A stretch of 64,000 bases of DNA. Origin: Amphiscolops sp. MND2022 (taxonomy: Eukaryota). Location of the stretch: positions 45,260,001-45,324,000 of the forward strand of contig OZ076418.1 in NCBI GenBank assembly GCA_964187785.1. Reading direction: 5' to 3'. The stretch's first letter is position 1, and each line of letters opens with the position of its first letter. The notes under the pieces were generated by a model. It saw only the letters and a list, made by a program, of their open reading frames with translations, was not told the origin of the DNA and ran no database searches. This document shows positions 36,291 to 49,265 of the stretch, piece after piece. Made by a program: the position numbers and the translations under genes.

Positions 36291-36314
36291 TAAGTAAGTA
36301 AGTAAGTAAGTAAG
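36291..36314. repeat. (TAAG)6 microsatellite, the LINE 3' tail
   Basis: Direct reading. Confidence 0.95.
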
Positions 36315-36489
36315 TTAATTTATTTGGATGAAGTCGTACAAAAAAGATACAAAATAATGATACATACAAATAAGTATCAATCTAAAACATCCAAAAAGGA
36401 CAAGGAATGAGCATACATGCTCTTCGAGTCCTTGCCCCGAGAACCAATTATGACGAATTGAATATAGATTTTACGTTTTACTTTAAAGC

Positions 36490-39315
36490 CTAGAAAAAAA
36501 TTGAATAGAGGTGTTTGTTATCAACAATGTACAAATCAGTGAGATTTTTTGTATATTTACGCAATTGAACCTTACTGAAAGACTCAATATTTTCCGGGAG
36601 TAAGTTCATCCACTTCAACCAATTGAATGCTTTTCGCAGAGTGTTCCCAAGTGATTTCCTTTTTACTACAGTTCTGCAATAGGTTGAAGAAAAGAGTCCT
36701 TTTTGACTCCAGCGGGTTGTAGGTTTATTCTTTTCTGCTACTTTCTCAGGGAAAAACTTTTGTGGTGTCTCATTACGTAGTTGCTTAAACAACTCCTTGA
36801 CAAGCTCTTCCATGTAAAGTTCAAAAACTGTTAGGACTTTATTTTCCAATAACAAGTTTGAAATGGATTCAGATCGCTTTTTGAAAAAATAACTCGGATA
36901 ATTCTTCGCTGTGCGTTTTCAATTTTTTTTTCAAATTTGTTTTTGCTGCTGAGCCATACACTAAGATACCGTAGGAAATTATTGACCTGGCAAACGAATT
37001 ATAGAACATGAGAAGACATTTTCTCGGATACAAGTCTCTGACACGGTAAATTAACCACAAAATTTATTGAGTTTCTTCACAACGTAATTGATGTGTTCCC
37101 TGAATTTGAGACTTCCATCTAGATGTAGACCTAAGTATTTACATGAAGATTTGTAACATAGTTCTTCATTTAAAATAATTCTTTTTTCTGGCAATCCGCT
37201 GCCAAATGATATTGCTTCGCATTTATCTATATTAACTGTAAGTTTACTAGCTGTGAACCAATCAGTGATTCTATGTAGATCTTCGTTGAGTTTCCGGTCA
37301 GTATGTTTTCCAGATTTCACAATAGTTGTATCATCTGCAAACATCACTATTTGGCTGTCCTTCACAACTTTTTGTAGATCATTGATGTAAAGGAGGAAAA
37401 GGAAGAGGCCTAGTACACTGCCCTGGGGAACGCCAGTTTTAACACAGAGTTTTTTGGAATGATTTCCATTTTCACAAACAAATTGGTACCGGTCACTGAG
37501 ATACTCTCGGAGTATTTCTAAAACTGTTCCTCTGAAGCCATATTTCTCCAATTTGAACCTTAGAATTTCATGGTCAAGTGTATCAAACGCTTTCTGTAAG
37601 TCAATAAAGCAAGCTTGTCCTTTGTTTTTTGCCTCAATTTCATTTCTCATGAATTCTGTCACAGAGTTAATAGCGTCAATGCATGATCTTTTCTCTCTGA
37701 AACCATATTGAATATGTGTTAATATATTCTCTTTTTTGCAGAATTTGACCATACGTTTGTGCAAAAGTTTCTCGAAAATTTTTCCTAATGAACTCAAAAG
37801 ACTAATTGGTCGGTAATTGGATGGATCTGTTTTATCGCCTTTTTTGTGTAGAGGAATAACTTTTGCAGTTTTGAAACACTTCGGATATGTTTTTTCTTGG
37901 ATGCATTTATTAAAAGCAATTGCAATAAAATTTTCAACAATGGGAGAATAGCATTTGATTATTTCGTTGGTGATGCCATCTTCACCATAACTTTTTTTGC
38001 ACTTCATTTCGCGTATTATCTTAGTTACCTCTGAAGCATTTGTTTGATGAACAACCATTGTTTTTTCTAACCTGTCAATATCCGTTTTAATTTGGATTTC
38101 AGGTAATTTAGATGATAACTTCGAGCCAATATTTGCAAAATATTCATTTATCACATCAAGGTCAGGAAGATTTGAAACTTGTTGTTGCCGTTTCTTTATG
38201 CCTAATGTTTTGTAAATGGTTTTGGAATCCGGATTTTTACCTAGTTTTTTGAAATTATCAATTCTTTTAGCTTCGCGTATCATATGCGTGACTTTATTAC
38301 GATAGGATTTGTATTTCTTTCTATAGTCATCACACGGATTGTCAATCCACTTCTGATACAATTGGTTACGTTTAAGCAATGCATTTTTTATCGAATTTGT
38401 TATCCACTGATTATCACTATTATGCAGAATCGGTTGTTTCGGAGCCAACTTATCGATGCATTCCATTATTGCTTCAGACATTTGAACAATGAGGTCATCA
38501 ACGGGGGAGTCCAACGATATTCTCTTAAGCTTTTGATCGAGGAGAAAAAGAAATTTCAAAGCTCCATCCCCTTTAATTGTTTTCAGATTTCTCACGAATT
38601 GTTGTTCCCTGGTTTTTTCACGCCTTCCAGTCTTCGGAAATTTTGCTAGCACGCTGTAGTGGTCACTAATTGTTGTTTTGACTGTTTCTGTCAGAATGTC
38701 ATTCTGTGATATCATATGATCAATACAAGTTCTAGACTTAGGTGTGACTCGCGTTGGTTCAAAGTTTCTGAGCTGGAAATCATAAGCATTTAACAATGAT
38801 ACATAGTTTTCATGATCACAGTCGGTTTTTAGGGTATCAATATTGAAATCCCCAAAAATTATCGATTCATGAATGAAAGAGTTGATGAAATGCAAAACGT
38901 GTTCAAATTTCGGGAAAAATTGGGTCAATCTCATTGTCTCTGGTCTATAGACAACGCAAACTAGCTTCACATCGTCATCATTGAATTTTATTTCCAAAAT
39001 TTTGCATTCTATGTCTGTGTCAAACGCAATAGGGCTGAACTCGATACCGTTTTTCACATAAATAGCAACTCCGCCCGACCTCCGTTTGACGTTATGTCTA
39101 TGCTTTGATTCTATTGGCTGATAACCATCAATATTGTAATCATAGAGGTCATACTCTTCCGAAACCCATGTTTCAGCAAAAGCTAAAACTTGTGGTAGAC
39201 TCGGTAAACTTTTCAAAAAGATTTGTAGTTCATCTTTATGGTACCTTAAGCACTGGATATTTAGTCCTAAGATTAGATTGTTTGATAGCGTCATTGTTTG
39301 GTTCTCGTTAAACAA
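36490..39315 (-). pseudogene. LINE ORF2 (APE endonuclease plus RT); 754 aa intact, then two frameshifts (~37052, ~36925)
   Basis: LNIQCL, FAETW, GDFNID, CIDH (APE); NYRPISLL, QYGFR, DLQKAFD, GVPQGSVLG, FADD (RT). Confidence 0.93.
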
Positions 39316-39434
39316 AAAAATAATTGGGTTGTTTAGTGTATTTCAAGTTTCGACCAATGTAGTTGCAGTCAAACTTGTTTTATATAATTGTAGTTTACTT
39401 TTTGTTGCAACAGCACATTGAATAGTTTTTACAC

Positions 39435-40250
39435 TTAAGTAAGTTTGACCGCAAGGTTTGATTCATCTTCCAATTGTTCGGTGTCCATTCTAATCTGTTT
39501 CAACAGGGCAAGACTTTGAGCTTCATTGGGAGACTCTCTAATTCGCTTAAGAACTGATTTGAGGGCGTCATCGTTCTTGACTATTGGTGTGCTCGGTGTG
39601 TGAGGCTTTCTTTTTTTGGATGCACGCTTTACAGCAACGTTCTTTATGTCCTCTATAGCGCGAATACTTTTTACTGCTTTACTAGTAAACTTGCCATCAG
39701 TATTAGTGAACACTTTCACTTCACAATTTTGAGTGGTTGTTATCAAATCGTATTCTTCTGCTTTTTCTTTTATGAGTCTTTGATGAAGTGGAAGGCGCTC
39801 TCTCAAATAAATACTTCTTCCATTGAACGGATTAGGTTTGCCAGCGAGCCAAGATTTCCGGCCAAAGATTTCAGCTTTTTCACCAAAATACACAAATTTG
39901 ACGATGATTGGTGGCTGCTTTTTGCCTTTCTCGTATTTTCCCAGAAAATGACAGGCTTTGAAATTGGAAGGATTGGACTGATAATTCAAGTATTGTTTCA
40001 AAAAAGCACATACCTGTTCCTCCAGTGTAACCTTACCATGACCCAAAGGCATGTTGTCGATAATTAAACAATCTTTTGATGAATATTTCTCCATTTCCAA
40101 GACTCGTTCTTCCAGATTTTGCACTTGATTCTTCAGGGTGATCACCTCTTCATTCTTTTGCTCAAGTAAATTAACGAAAAGTTCCAGTAGTCCTCGACTT
40201 TGAGTTGATTCCACGTTTGTAATTTCATTTCGTAAAGTTTCAAGAGCCAT
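39435..40250 (-). CDS. LINE ORF1 (coiled coil plus L1-type RRM), intact 271 aa
   Basis: KDCLIIDNMP, ACHFLG, PPIIVKFV, IYLRERL. Confidence 0.85.
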   Translation of the reverse strand: MALETLRNEITNVESTQSRGLLELFVNLLEQKNEEVITLKNQVQNLEERVLEMEKYSSKDCLIIDNMPLGHGKVTLEEQVCAFLKQYLNYQSNPSNFKACHFLGKYEKGKKQPPIIVKFVYFGEKAEIFGRKSWLAGKPNPFNGRSIYLRERLPLHQRLIKEKAEEYDLITTTQNCEVKVFTNTDGKFTSKAVKSIRAIEDIKNVAVKRASKKRKPHTPSTPIVKNDDALKSVLKRIRESPNEAQSLALLKQIRMDTEQLEDESNLAVKLT

Positions 40251-43200
40251 TTCGATGATATCAAGCAGTCAAATAGAGCTGATGTTACGTAATCAATGCT
40301 AAGTGCAACAAAAGTTTTCAGTCAGAACCGACTGTTTGTCATCAATGTCTGAGATACAATAGTTCAATAATCTGTCTGAGGTTCACATTCCATATAATTC
40401 TAAGCCCTCCAACATCATTCGGAAGGAAAGAGGGTCACCCGTTGAACTTCCATAACATGAGGATCATGTTCTCCACACGTGAGGGCTCTACTCTCATCAG
40501 TATGAACGATAGAACGAGGTGTACCGCGAATCAATCCTGTACATTTGTTGCGAATCCTGGGGTACCGTTCCATTCGCGCTAGCAATCTACTTCATTCGGT
40601 ATTGGGACCCGTTTGAGACATTACAAGCCAAGGTCATTTGTTCTTTTTTTTACCGGCCCGGGGCCTGCGGGTCTGGTCTCGCCTGTCCTAAATGAACCAT
40701 CCTCAATTGTTGGATTGATTGTTGTAGTTTGCTACTTATGTTTGTTACTTAGGGCTGCTAGGTTGGTATCTTGGACAAGATTCATGATCGTAGAGTCGAC
40801 TGGAGATTTACTTAACATTCGAGGTGTGTTTACATAGGATCAGTCGGTCTAAATGTGCGCATGGGGTCCGAAGATGTTGCGCAAATGGCTCAATATGGTC
40901 TTTCGATTACGTATATAACGTAACTTTTTTTCGAGTGTACCGACACGAACTTAAAATCCTAAACTTAAAGCTGCATAACTTTTTGCTATGAAATTTGATT
41001 CCCCTGCTAATGTTGCAACTAGATTGTTCCTGTTCTTTTGGGCAGACTATTGATTGATCCTAGCCGAACAAAATTGTTTATAAAATATGGGGACACTGTG
41101 TAGCTTTTCGACAGTTTCAAGTTTCTGGCGAAAGTATTTTTTTGTGGAGCTATTTCGGTCATTTCGAACTCGAACGAATTGAAAGTGTTTTTGAAAGACA
41201 TATTCCATTTCAAAATTTGGTAGCCGAGAGTAAGGGTACCTTCAATGTTCAAACAAAGAAAGCAAACGGCTCAAGATAAAATAGCTACGGCTTATAGGTT
41301 GACTGCTATAGGCAAAAACAACAGACTTTCAATGATTTGTCAACAGAATTTTTGACGAGATTTTGATCACGGTGATTCGCGTGATTTTGGTCCTGAAAAC
41401 ACTCGTTCAAAACACTTGTGTTCAAAACAGAGTTCAAAACACTTGAAGCATCGACGTTTGAATATGATCATGCGCGTCAAACGTTGCATCGAACGCCGAG
41501 AAAATGTTGTACATTTCGAGGTGCAAACGGAACAATACATATTGGCAGGTGTTTGTCGAAGGCTAAGATCTCACCATATTTGTATAAATGACAACCATAA
41601 TCTCCATAAAACAAGATACTGGAAATCGCATTTGGCATTACTGGATTTTGTGGATCGTGTGCAGTACAAAAAACAGACTTGAATCAATCAAGTTGAACAG
41701 GTAATTCAGGTATCTGTTTTTCGTTCCTCATGATCAACATTACTCTCTTCTTGACACACCCTCATCAAGATTAAACCCGCGATATTTGCCAAGTATCAAT
41801 GTGGTACGGAAGGATACTTACAAGACTTTCACGAACTCTTGAAGTCTTAGCGTTCTTGAAACCGGTACCTCTTTTAGATAATTAATTACCTCTGGAGATG
41901 ATATATTTAGAGGTTCCATCAGCAGTGATACATAATAGCGTAGCAAGAAGATGACTTCCGTTAAAGTAGAATGAATTCACTATTTTATCCCAGCACACTT
42001 ACTTCCAAAATCTTAGTACATCGCTATGATACAACAACCAAGAAATCGTCAACGTCTCTGCAGTTATTGATGTTTTCCAATCTCTGGAAACAGAAGACTT
42101 TGCATTTCGTTTTTGGTGCTAAAGATTATCTGGATATCAAGTATCTTTTTTGGTTTGCAAACATTTGCAACAAAACTGCTATGAAAAAACTTGCAATATG
42201 CAATCTTCTTGAAAGATTGACGACATTTGCTTTCAACTGTGATTAACCCCTCCTTAAAAGACTCCAGTATGAACAGATCTGCTTCACTTCTTTGTTCATA
42301 TTTTTGTGAGAAAATGAGCCGAAACATAAAATCCAAAACTTCAAATGTAATCAAAACAAGTCAATCACGAAATGTTCAGTTGATGCGAGAAACTCTTTAG
42401 ACTAATTCCCATTCGAAGTGCAAAGTTGAATTGCGTTGTGCCGTCAAGCATTTCTAACTTCAAAACCAATGGCGCCGATTTTCTAGCTATGTCTAGACAA
42501 CCAATGAAACCAAAATATAAAACATTCCGCCCACTTTGATATTTCGACTTCTGCTGAAACTTTTCAAAAATATATAAATCGGGAAGAACTTGTTTAACAT
42601 GCTGAAACTTGTTCAACATGCTGAAACACAAACTTCACTTCAAAAAACAAAAAAATATATTAAAATAAAACTCTTTATGGCGTAAATTGGGTGGACTGAT
42701 AACTTCGAAAACATTTCATTTCAAGAAAGTCTAACTTTTTGCGTGTCAGGCCTTCACAGATACGACGGCTCTTGTTTTATTTAATACGAGCACTTGTGCA
42801 GTGAACGCGATTCTGATTTCTCTGACTCGAGTTGACATTACTGTGAGATAAGTAATCATAAAATCGCACATACACTATGGTATCAAAAAGCTAAAGACAG
42901 CTAATATCACACGAGAAAACTGTGAAAGCAGCCCATTTTTCTGAGGACATGCATTTGGGAAACAAGACGAAGGAGTAAACGTTTCTCTGACTTTGTGAAT
43001 TCTCTGATAGGCTCGTTGTGAATTTTAACTTAAGGTTTGGTGGTGGCGTTGGTGATTGAGGATTTGGTTCTGAAGCGTTGGTTTGGTCAAATTTAAGTTG
43101 GGAAGAAATGCTTGAAAGAGAGAGGTTGCCTAACGTAGGATTAGTCATGGTTTGAGTAACAGTAGTGTCAGGGTTAACATCAAATGTAGAAGCTGATGAA

Positions 43201-44866
43201 GCATTGGCTAAGATTTTGGTGAAGTGTTGGCTCTGACATCTAATTTGATAGACGTTGCACGGGAACAAGGAACATTGCTTGGAAACAGTACCTCTACGAA
43301 TGTTGGGGATGACAAGTATTGTCTATACTTTTTGCAAGGTGTTGGAATCTGGGAAATTAGAATAGCTGTGTGTATGCAACGGACAGAGAAAAAGTGAAAG
43401 ATTATGTAACGGTCACCCAGCATGGACATCTGGAAAATTCGTTCGAGGGACTGTATTTTGCCGATTTTGGTCAGTTGTCGCAGATCGCTTCCGTGTTTTT
43501 AAAAAAAACCTGCCAGGCGAATTAAAAAGGACTAGAGCGACACAGTGCGAAGATTAGACCCACTGAACGAGAACGGTCGGAAAAAAGCGAACCGAGAAAT
43601 CGCGAAGCACGCCAGAAGTAGACTCAATTAGCAAATCTGCTAATCACGCCGATACGGCTTCGTTTGGTTCGACGCTTTCTTTAGCAAGTTGCTACTTCGT
43701 TGTAATTACGTAAAATGAGTCAGTTCGCTTAAACAAGCATACGTGCTTGTGTGCCCCGCTAATTATTGACATGCTGTGCTAATTGTGCCGTAATTTACCG
43801 ATTATCTTGTTTAATTAGCTCGTGAGCTATTTTCCATCATGTCCTGTAACAAAGAAAATTACCTTGAGAAATTACAAAGAAAATTACCGACGAGCACTTC
43901 GCACGAGGCGGAATCCTCCTCTGACGGGCAGTTTTTACCCGAAGGAGGCCAAATGGCCTTTGGACGCTTGTCCCGGGCAAATACCCAAGCCATGGGATCC
44001 TCCATCTCTATGACTGAGCAGCGACAATGGCGAGAGCTTTCCGTTACATTACATGAAGTTTTTTCAATGGGGTTTGAAAGAATTCTATGGGAAAAGTAAG
44101 TTTTAGGTGGAATGTCAGGAAGTTGAACAAAAGTAGAGAGAGCGGTAGTTAGATGCCTATTGGTATGATGCGGTAGCTGTTAGAGTTTAGGAGTGGTTTA
44201 TGAGTGCTCATAGAAGGAAGGACTTAGCGATTTAGATTGTGGTTTGAGAAATAAAAACTTGAGACCTTGATAACATACAAATACTGGATGACGGAAATAA
44301 CTTTGGGAAAAAAGCAAGTAGAAGTTTCAAACGTGTGGAGTTGTTCTATGTTTGAAATGTCAAAAAGTGATGTCTTTTTGCAATGTTGCTTGAATAGAGG
44401 AAAGTCTAAATAGGTGTTGTGGTAAAACGTATTTTTATTCAGTCGTTCAGTTCAAAAAGAAGAAATAATTACTTTTCAAGAGAATGGTAGCGAAAAATGA
44501 TGTTCCTCGATAGGATGAAAGTGAAATAGCGTTTATCTCTGTCGCAGGCTCCTGTCTGCGATGGCAACATATATACGATAGACCAATCGGTTTGCCTGGG
44601 ACATTACCCCTATAAGAACTGAAGCTCTTAAATTCCTGTTGATATTTTGGAACTTTATAGTCTTTCCAATGTATACTATTATAATTGTTTCAACCATGTA
44701 AAATACAAGCTAAAAAATGCAAGCTATACTAACAGGCCGAAAAGAAACACGTTCCAATCTCTGCCTGTTCAGTATAGCTAACGTGACCGTCACCGGCTAG
44801 TCAGCCAATCATAGCGCAGAATATATTGGTTGCTTCTTTGTTATTTATCTAGCTGTACTAATAGTT

Positions 44867-46137
44867 TTAGCTGTACGGGGCTGAAATCCATCCTCACCTC
44901 CTCGTGGTAGTCCCTGGGGAGGCAGTTCAGGCTCGGAAGCACCAGAGAGTTCATTCTCTCGGAGCATCCGTAGTCGTATTGAACTGCTGAGCTAACGAGG
45001 CCATGGTATGCAAGAAAGCAATGGCAAACTACTTGCATTATTCTGCCAAGAAAATCCATGAAAGTCACCAAAAAGACTCGGAAAAACAGCGTGAATGGAA
45101 ATAGAAGACATGAATCCTCTATGGCCTTGCTCGGTCAGACTTCTGTTTCATCCGAGGACAACTCTGACCGTCATCAAGCTACTCGGATCGAATTGGAGTC
45201 CGACAAGGCTGTGTAGCATCCCCAATCCTGTATAATACCTTCAGTGAAAAAATAACGAGGTCAATAGAAGAAATGAAAGGTGTCAGCATTGGCGGGATGA
45301 ACACTGACAATCTTCGATTTGCAGACGACACAGCAGTGATCGCGGATTCAGAGGACAAACTGCAGTTGTTAATGACAACCTTGAAGGATGCATGTGAAAA
45401 GCATGGAATGGAAATTAACACCAAGAAAAACAAAACCGAAATAATGGTAATCTCCAAAGAACCGAAAAAGTGCTCAAAACATTTGAATGAAGAAAAGAAT
45501 AATCAAACAGAAACCTTCACTTATCTTGGGACGCTCATAACAGAAGATGGAAAATGTACAAAAGAAATAAAATGTAGAATTGCCCAGTCAAAAAGTGCAT
45601 TCACCAATTTGAAAAAGATCCTGACAAACAAAAAACTTCCCTTCAAAACCAGATTTAGAGTTTTACGTTGCTACGTTTGGCCGGTACTTTTGTATGCGTG
45701 TGAAACCTGGACACTCAATCTTGAGTCGAAGAAACTCCTTGAAAGTGTTGAAAAGTGGTATCTCAGGAAAATGGAGCGCATATCATACACAGCACACAAA
45801 ACCAATGAATTTGTTTTAAGTAAAACCCAGAGAAGTTGGATGATACTTAGAGATATTGAAACGAGACAATTTAAATTCTTTGGACATGTGATCAGAAAAT
45901 GCGATTTGGAAGAAACAATTTTTTCCGGATACATCAACGGCAACAGATCCAGAGGAAGAAGTAGAAAGACATATCTTGATGATATCTCGGAAAAATTAAC
46001 AAGAAGTCGGGCCGAGTGCATAAGAATCGCAAAGAAGAGAGAAGAATGGAGACTTTTATGGAAAGCCTATGTCTGTGACCAGACACGGCACTAAAAGAAG
46101 AAGAAGAAGAAGAAGAAGAAGAAGAAGAAGAAGAAGA
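44867..46137 (+). mobile_element. RTE-clade LINE with intact ends and a large internal deletion
   Basis: 10-bp TSD ACTAATAGTT (44857-66, 46138-47); 5' UTR and MALLGQ..SDRHQATRI joined directly to RIGVRQGC; (AAG)14 tail. Confidence 0.9.
45273..46094 (+). CDS. RTE RT C-terminal portion (273 aa open frame)
   Basis: NLRFADDT, GMEINTKK, FTYLG, EIKCRI, LLYACETW, FFGHV, GNRSRGR. Confidence 0.88.
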   Translation: MKGVSIGGMNTDNLRFADDTAVIADSEDKLQLLMTTLKDACEKHGMEINTKKNKTEIMVISKEPKKCSKHLNEEKNNQTETFTYLGTLITEDGKCTKEIKCRIAQSKSAFTNLKKILTNKKLPFKTRFRVLRCYVWPVLLYACETWTLNLESKKLLESVEKWYLRKMERISYTAHKTNEFVLSKTQRSWMILRDIETRQFKFFGHVIRKCDLEETIFSGYINGNRSRGRSRKTYLDDISEKLTRSRAECIRIAKKREEWRLLWKAYVCDQTRH

Positions 46138-46138
46138 A
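46095..46138 (+). repeat. (AAG)14 microsatellite, the RTE 3' tail
   Basis: Direct reading. Confidence 0.95.
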
Positions 46139-46586
46139 CTAATAGTTACGCGAAAAAGAAGAAAAAGCCAGGCAGTCTAGCCGGCCTTACTTGTCAAATC
46201 AATACAGTTGACGTTGCCTAGTTGCTAGAAGGTGCTCTACTCGAATAGAGCCTTTTCACTGATAATATAATAGCGAAAGTGTCACTTGCGCTATGAATGA
46301 CCCTGCTCTTGCATAAATATCATGGAAGGCCTGATACCGCCAGGTAGTCAGAGTGACCTAATGAATTTAATATGCATGAAATGTTGACATGTAAAATGTT
46401 GTTTCAGGTTCCATACTTTTTGCTAGACCGTGTTAGGATATACGTCACTGCCGCCTTTACTTTCCTACCGCGGCAAGTTTTACCTTTATAAACTATTGTG
46501 ACGACATTTCCTATATTTAGAATGTTACAATGTTACTTTTGCTTAGTCAGGAGCGTTTTCAGCAACATGATCCGGGTCAACTTGAG

Positions 46587-46845
46587 TGTCACGCCCGTTT
46601 AGGTATAAATACCCGGACCGGGCGATCGACAACACAAGATATCACGATATACTACGATACATGTTACTTTTATTTGAGCGTTCAGTGTACAATCGGATTT
46701 TGACAAATAGAATTAGAGGAATATTTTCAATATTTCCTCCTGTACAAGTATTCATGCCTTCTACAAGAAAACAAAAGGCCAAGAGTAGAAAAACAAGAGA
46801 GGTTGACATTTTATCCGAATACGGTAACATGGACGTCAAGGTGAA
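46587..46845 (+). mobile_element. Possible truncated LTR relic containing a gag-like start
   Basis: Begins TGTCAC and contains TATAAATA; frame MPSTRKQKAKSRK.. at 46754 parallels the MVNTRSQ start inside the LTR at 62028-62964. Confidence 0.3.
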
Positions 46846-47477
46846 AGTAGTACAAACTTTATAGACAAAAATTTTCCAATTTTTTTATCGTTTTCTATGC
46901 AATTTTTGCCACATTTTCGATAAAAATTGTGGATTAGAATGAGGGGGAGGTAGATTAGAAACAAGGGAAGAAGTTGTTGTCTAATTGTCTTTTATGAAGA
47001 AATAATAGTTGGGGAGCATAAAGTCAAACTGTTTCGAATTATTTGTTTCAGCTCGAAACGTATTCACATACAAAAAACATTCTCAACTTTTTTTTCGATT
47101 GAAACCTTCCAAAATTCTAAGGCTTTGATGACGAAATTGATTTGTTTCTTTTTTGAGGTTACAGATGTGCATACACGTCTTTTATTTTGATTTCTTTCAG
47201 GCGATCAAATTGTTTGTGTATTTGAAATCGATCTGTTTTGCTTTTATAGGCAAGATTCAGCCACAAAACAATTAATGCATAATGAGCTCTATATTTGATA
47301 ACATGTATTTTAATAAACTATTAAAAATTTCTTCCACTTGTTAAACATTTATTTCGATTCTCCAGCTTTCATCGTTAGTGCAGAAAACTTGGAAGAAAAA
47401 TCACTCGAAGCAAATGAGCTATCCAAAAAACTTCCAGCTTTTGAATAGTTGACATTCAATTTTGGTCGTCGGTAACC

Positions 47478-47790
47478 ATGCCAGATAGTGCAATGATAAC
47501 AATTTTCGGTCCAGCCATCTTGGCTCTAATTACTGGAACTTCTAGTTTATATCTCAAAAATTACCATGACCGAAAATCATTTCAACTTCAATCGGAGACA
47601 CTTTTAACCCCAGTACTTTGGACAAACAAATTCTCTCTTTGTTCCCGTTTTTGTGAAAAGGTCCTTATGAACACAACCTGGAGGTCGGATTTTTCACTTG
47701 AAAACGGGAAATGCTTCTGCTTTGGTGATGGTGACACGCAAATAATGGGATACCACTTGAAGTCGAAAAACTATGTGTCTTTGGTGAAAC
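47478..47790 (+). CDS. Secreted lectin-like gene, exon 1 (signal peptide plus PAN/apple-like Cys motif)
   Basis: MPDSAMITIFGPAILALITGTSS hydrophobic leader; LCSRFCEK..ENGKCFCF; strong phase-1 donor AAC|GTAAGT at 47791. Confidence 0.7.
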
Positions 47791-49002
47791 GTAAGTTTTT
47801 TTTCGTGGCATGGTAATAAGTACTATTCTGATTGATGGGAACTTTTAGCATAATCCCAGTGAGACAACTCTTGAAATTCGTGATAAGAAACATTTTTGAG
47901 AAACCCTAGGTATGAATCTTGGCAACATCCTTATCAAGAACGCCAAGAAAATCTTGCAAATCTTCCCAAAAATTCAAAAGAAAACTGAAAAAAGAACGAA
48001 GTGAACAAAAGTAAAAACCGACACCATCATCGACTTGATCAGCATACCGATTATGCCGCAGCAGTTGACAACTAACACTTTAAAGAATGAGCACTTTGTT
48101 AGCTGGCAGTGCGAACAAAAGCAAAGCACCTGTGAACAAAATTGTGCTTTTCAAGTTATTCATTTTCTTGACGTCCTTGATATGACTCGTACCAAGATCA
48201 CTATAGAAGAACTTCAAGAGGCTTTTGAGAAGCAAGAATGAACAAGATCTTATGAAAAGTTTCGAGCATAAACGGGAATATACAGTACTGTGATTAAGAA
48301 AACGTCCCCCGGGCGATTTCAGGCTCAATTTTCTCAAAATCGGTCAAGAATTTTGAAAAACAGATAAAACTTTCTTAGAATTTCATGTAGTTTACATTAG
48401 TCTTTTTTAAATTTTTCTGGGATAAAAATTGAGAAAGTCACAAATAGCTGATTTTGAGCAAATTTGGGACTTTTTGCCGTTTTTCCGATTTTTGACCGCT
48501 TTATCCACACTTGTTTTGGCAAGTTTTATGCTCAATTAACTCCCACAAATCTACTGAATTAATTGATGTATTTTGATTTCAAAATAGATCAACCGTTTCC
48601 GAATTATCAGGCTCAAAATGTAAAATTTCCTAAATTTACGTGAATTTCACTTGATGCGCCAATCAGAATTGAAAGTGAGACCAAATAAACAATTTTGATT
48701 GGTTGAGAACGTCATAGGAGGACGATTTCTTAATCACAGTACTGTATAAGAAGATGCAAGATGTTGTCAAGAGTTTCAAGATATTTGCACTGAGATGTTT
48801 ATTATTAAATGTGTTTCAGGTGGCACTAGAGAAAAAGCTGTTGCTAGTAAGTTTTTCTCCGCTTGTGTTTCATGAAAATAGGGTTCATCTTTTCCGAACT
48901 ACCTGATTGTCACAGTACCATCTAGATTCAATTCTCAATTCAGAAGAGGACACTGGTGCCTAATGAAGGCAAAATGCTGTTGGAACTAAACGACTCAAAT
49001 TA

Positions 49003-49265
49003 AAACAAGACACCCGCTAAGCATCGGGATAGTTTCCGCTAAAAATGTAACGCATCAGCAGAGGTTCGACCCCGCGACCTCGTGTCTGCCAGAAAGACGC
49101 ACTACCAACTGAGCCAGAGTAACTAAATTAGGTGGAAGCGGATGGAAATCGTGAAGTTTGGCAGAATTGGTAAAAAAACGCAACACAGATTATGATTTTC
49201 ATCCACCATTCACAAATTAATTTGTGGGGGCGGAAAATAACAAGGAAGCTATGACCAAATATATC
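49003..49265 (-). mobile_element. tRNA-derived (SINE-like) dispersed repeat, copy 2
   Basis: tRNA-like core at 49052-49123; homologous to 13088-13370, including flanks. Confidence 0.7.

Larger units (their letters stand above)
36291..40357 (-). mobile_element. Full-length CR1/L2-group LINE
   Basis: ORF1 plus APE-RT ORF2; 3' UTR stem-loop gagcatgtatgctc; (CTTA)6 tail; possible short TSD aatag (36286-90, 40358-62). Confidence 0.92.
35640..40850 (+). mobile_element. Old Gypsy integrase relic (35640-36290 and 40358-40850) interrupted by a LINE
   Basis: Decayed ITERFFW upstream of the LINE. Downstream: TNSSIICLRFTFHIILSPPTSFGRKEGHPLNF (cf. YNSS.H.STGFTP..LMFGRE...PLD) and IHDR. Confidence 0.5.

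Noticed and set aside
41970-44100. Gag-like or knuckle-like ORF fragments
   Set aside because: Similarity too weak and fragmented to call.
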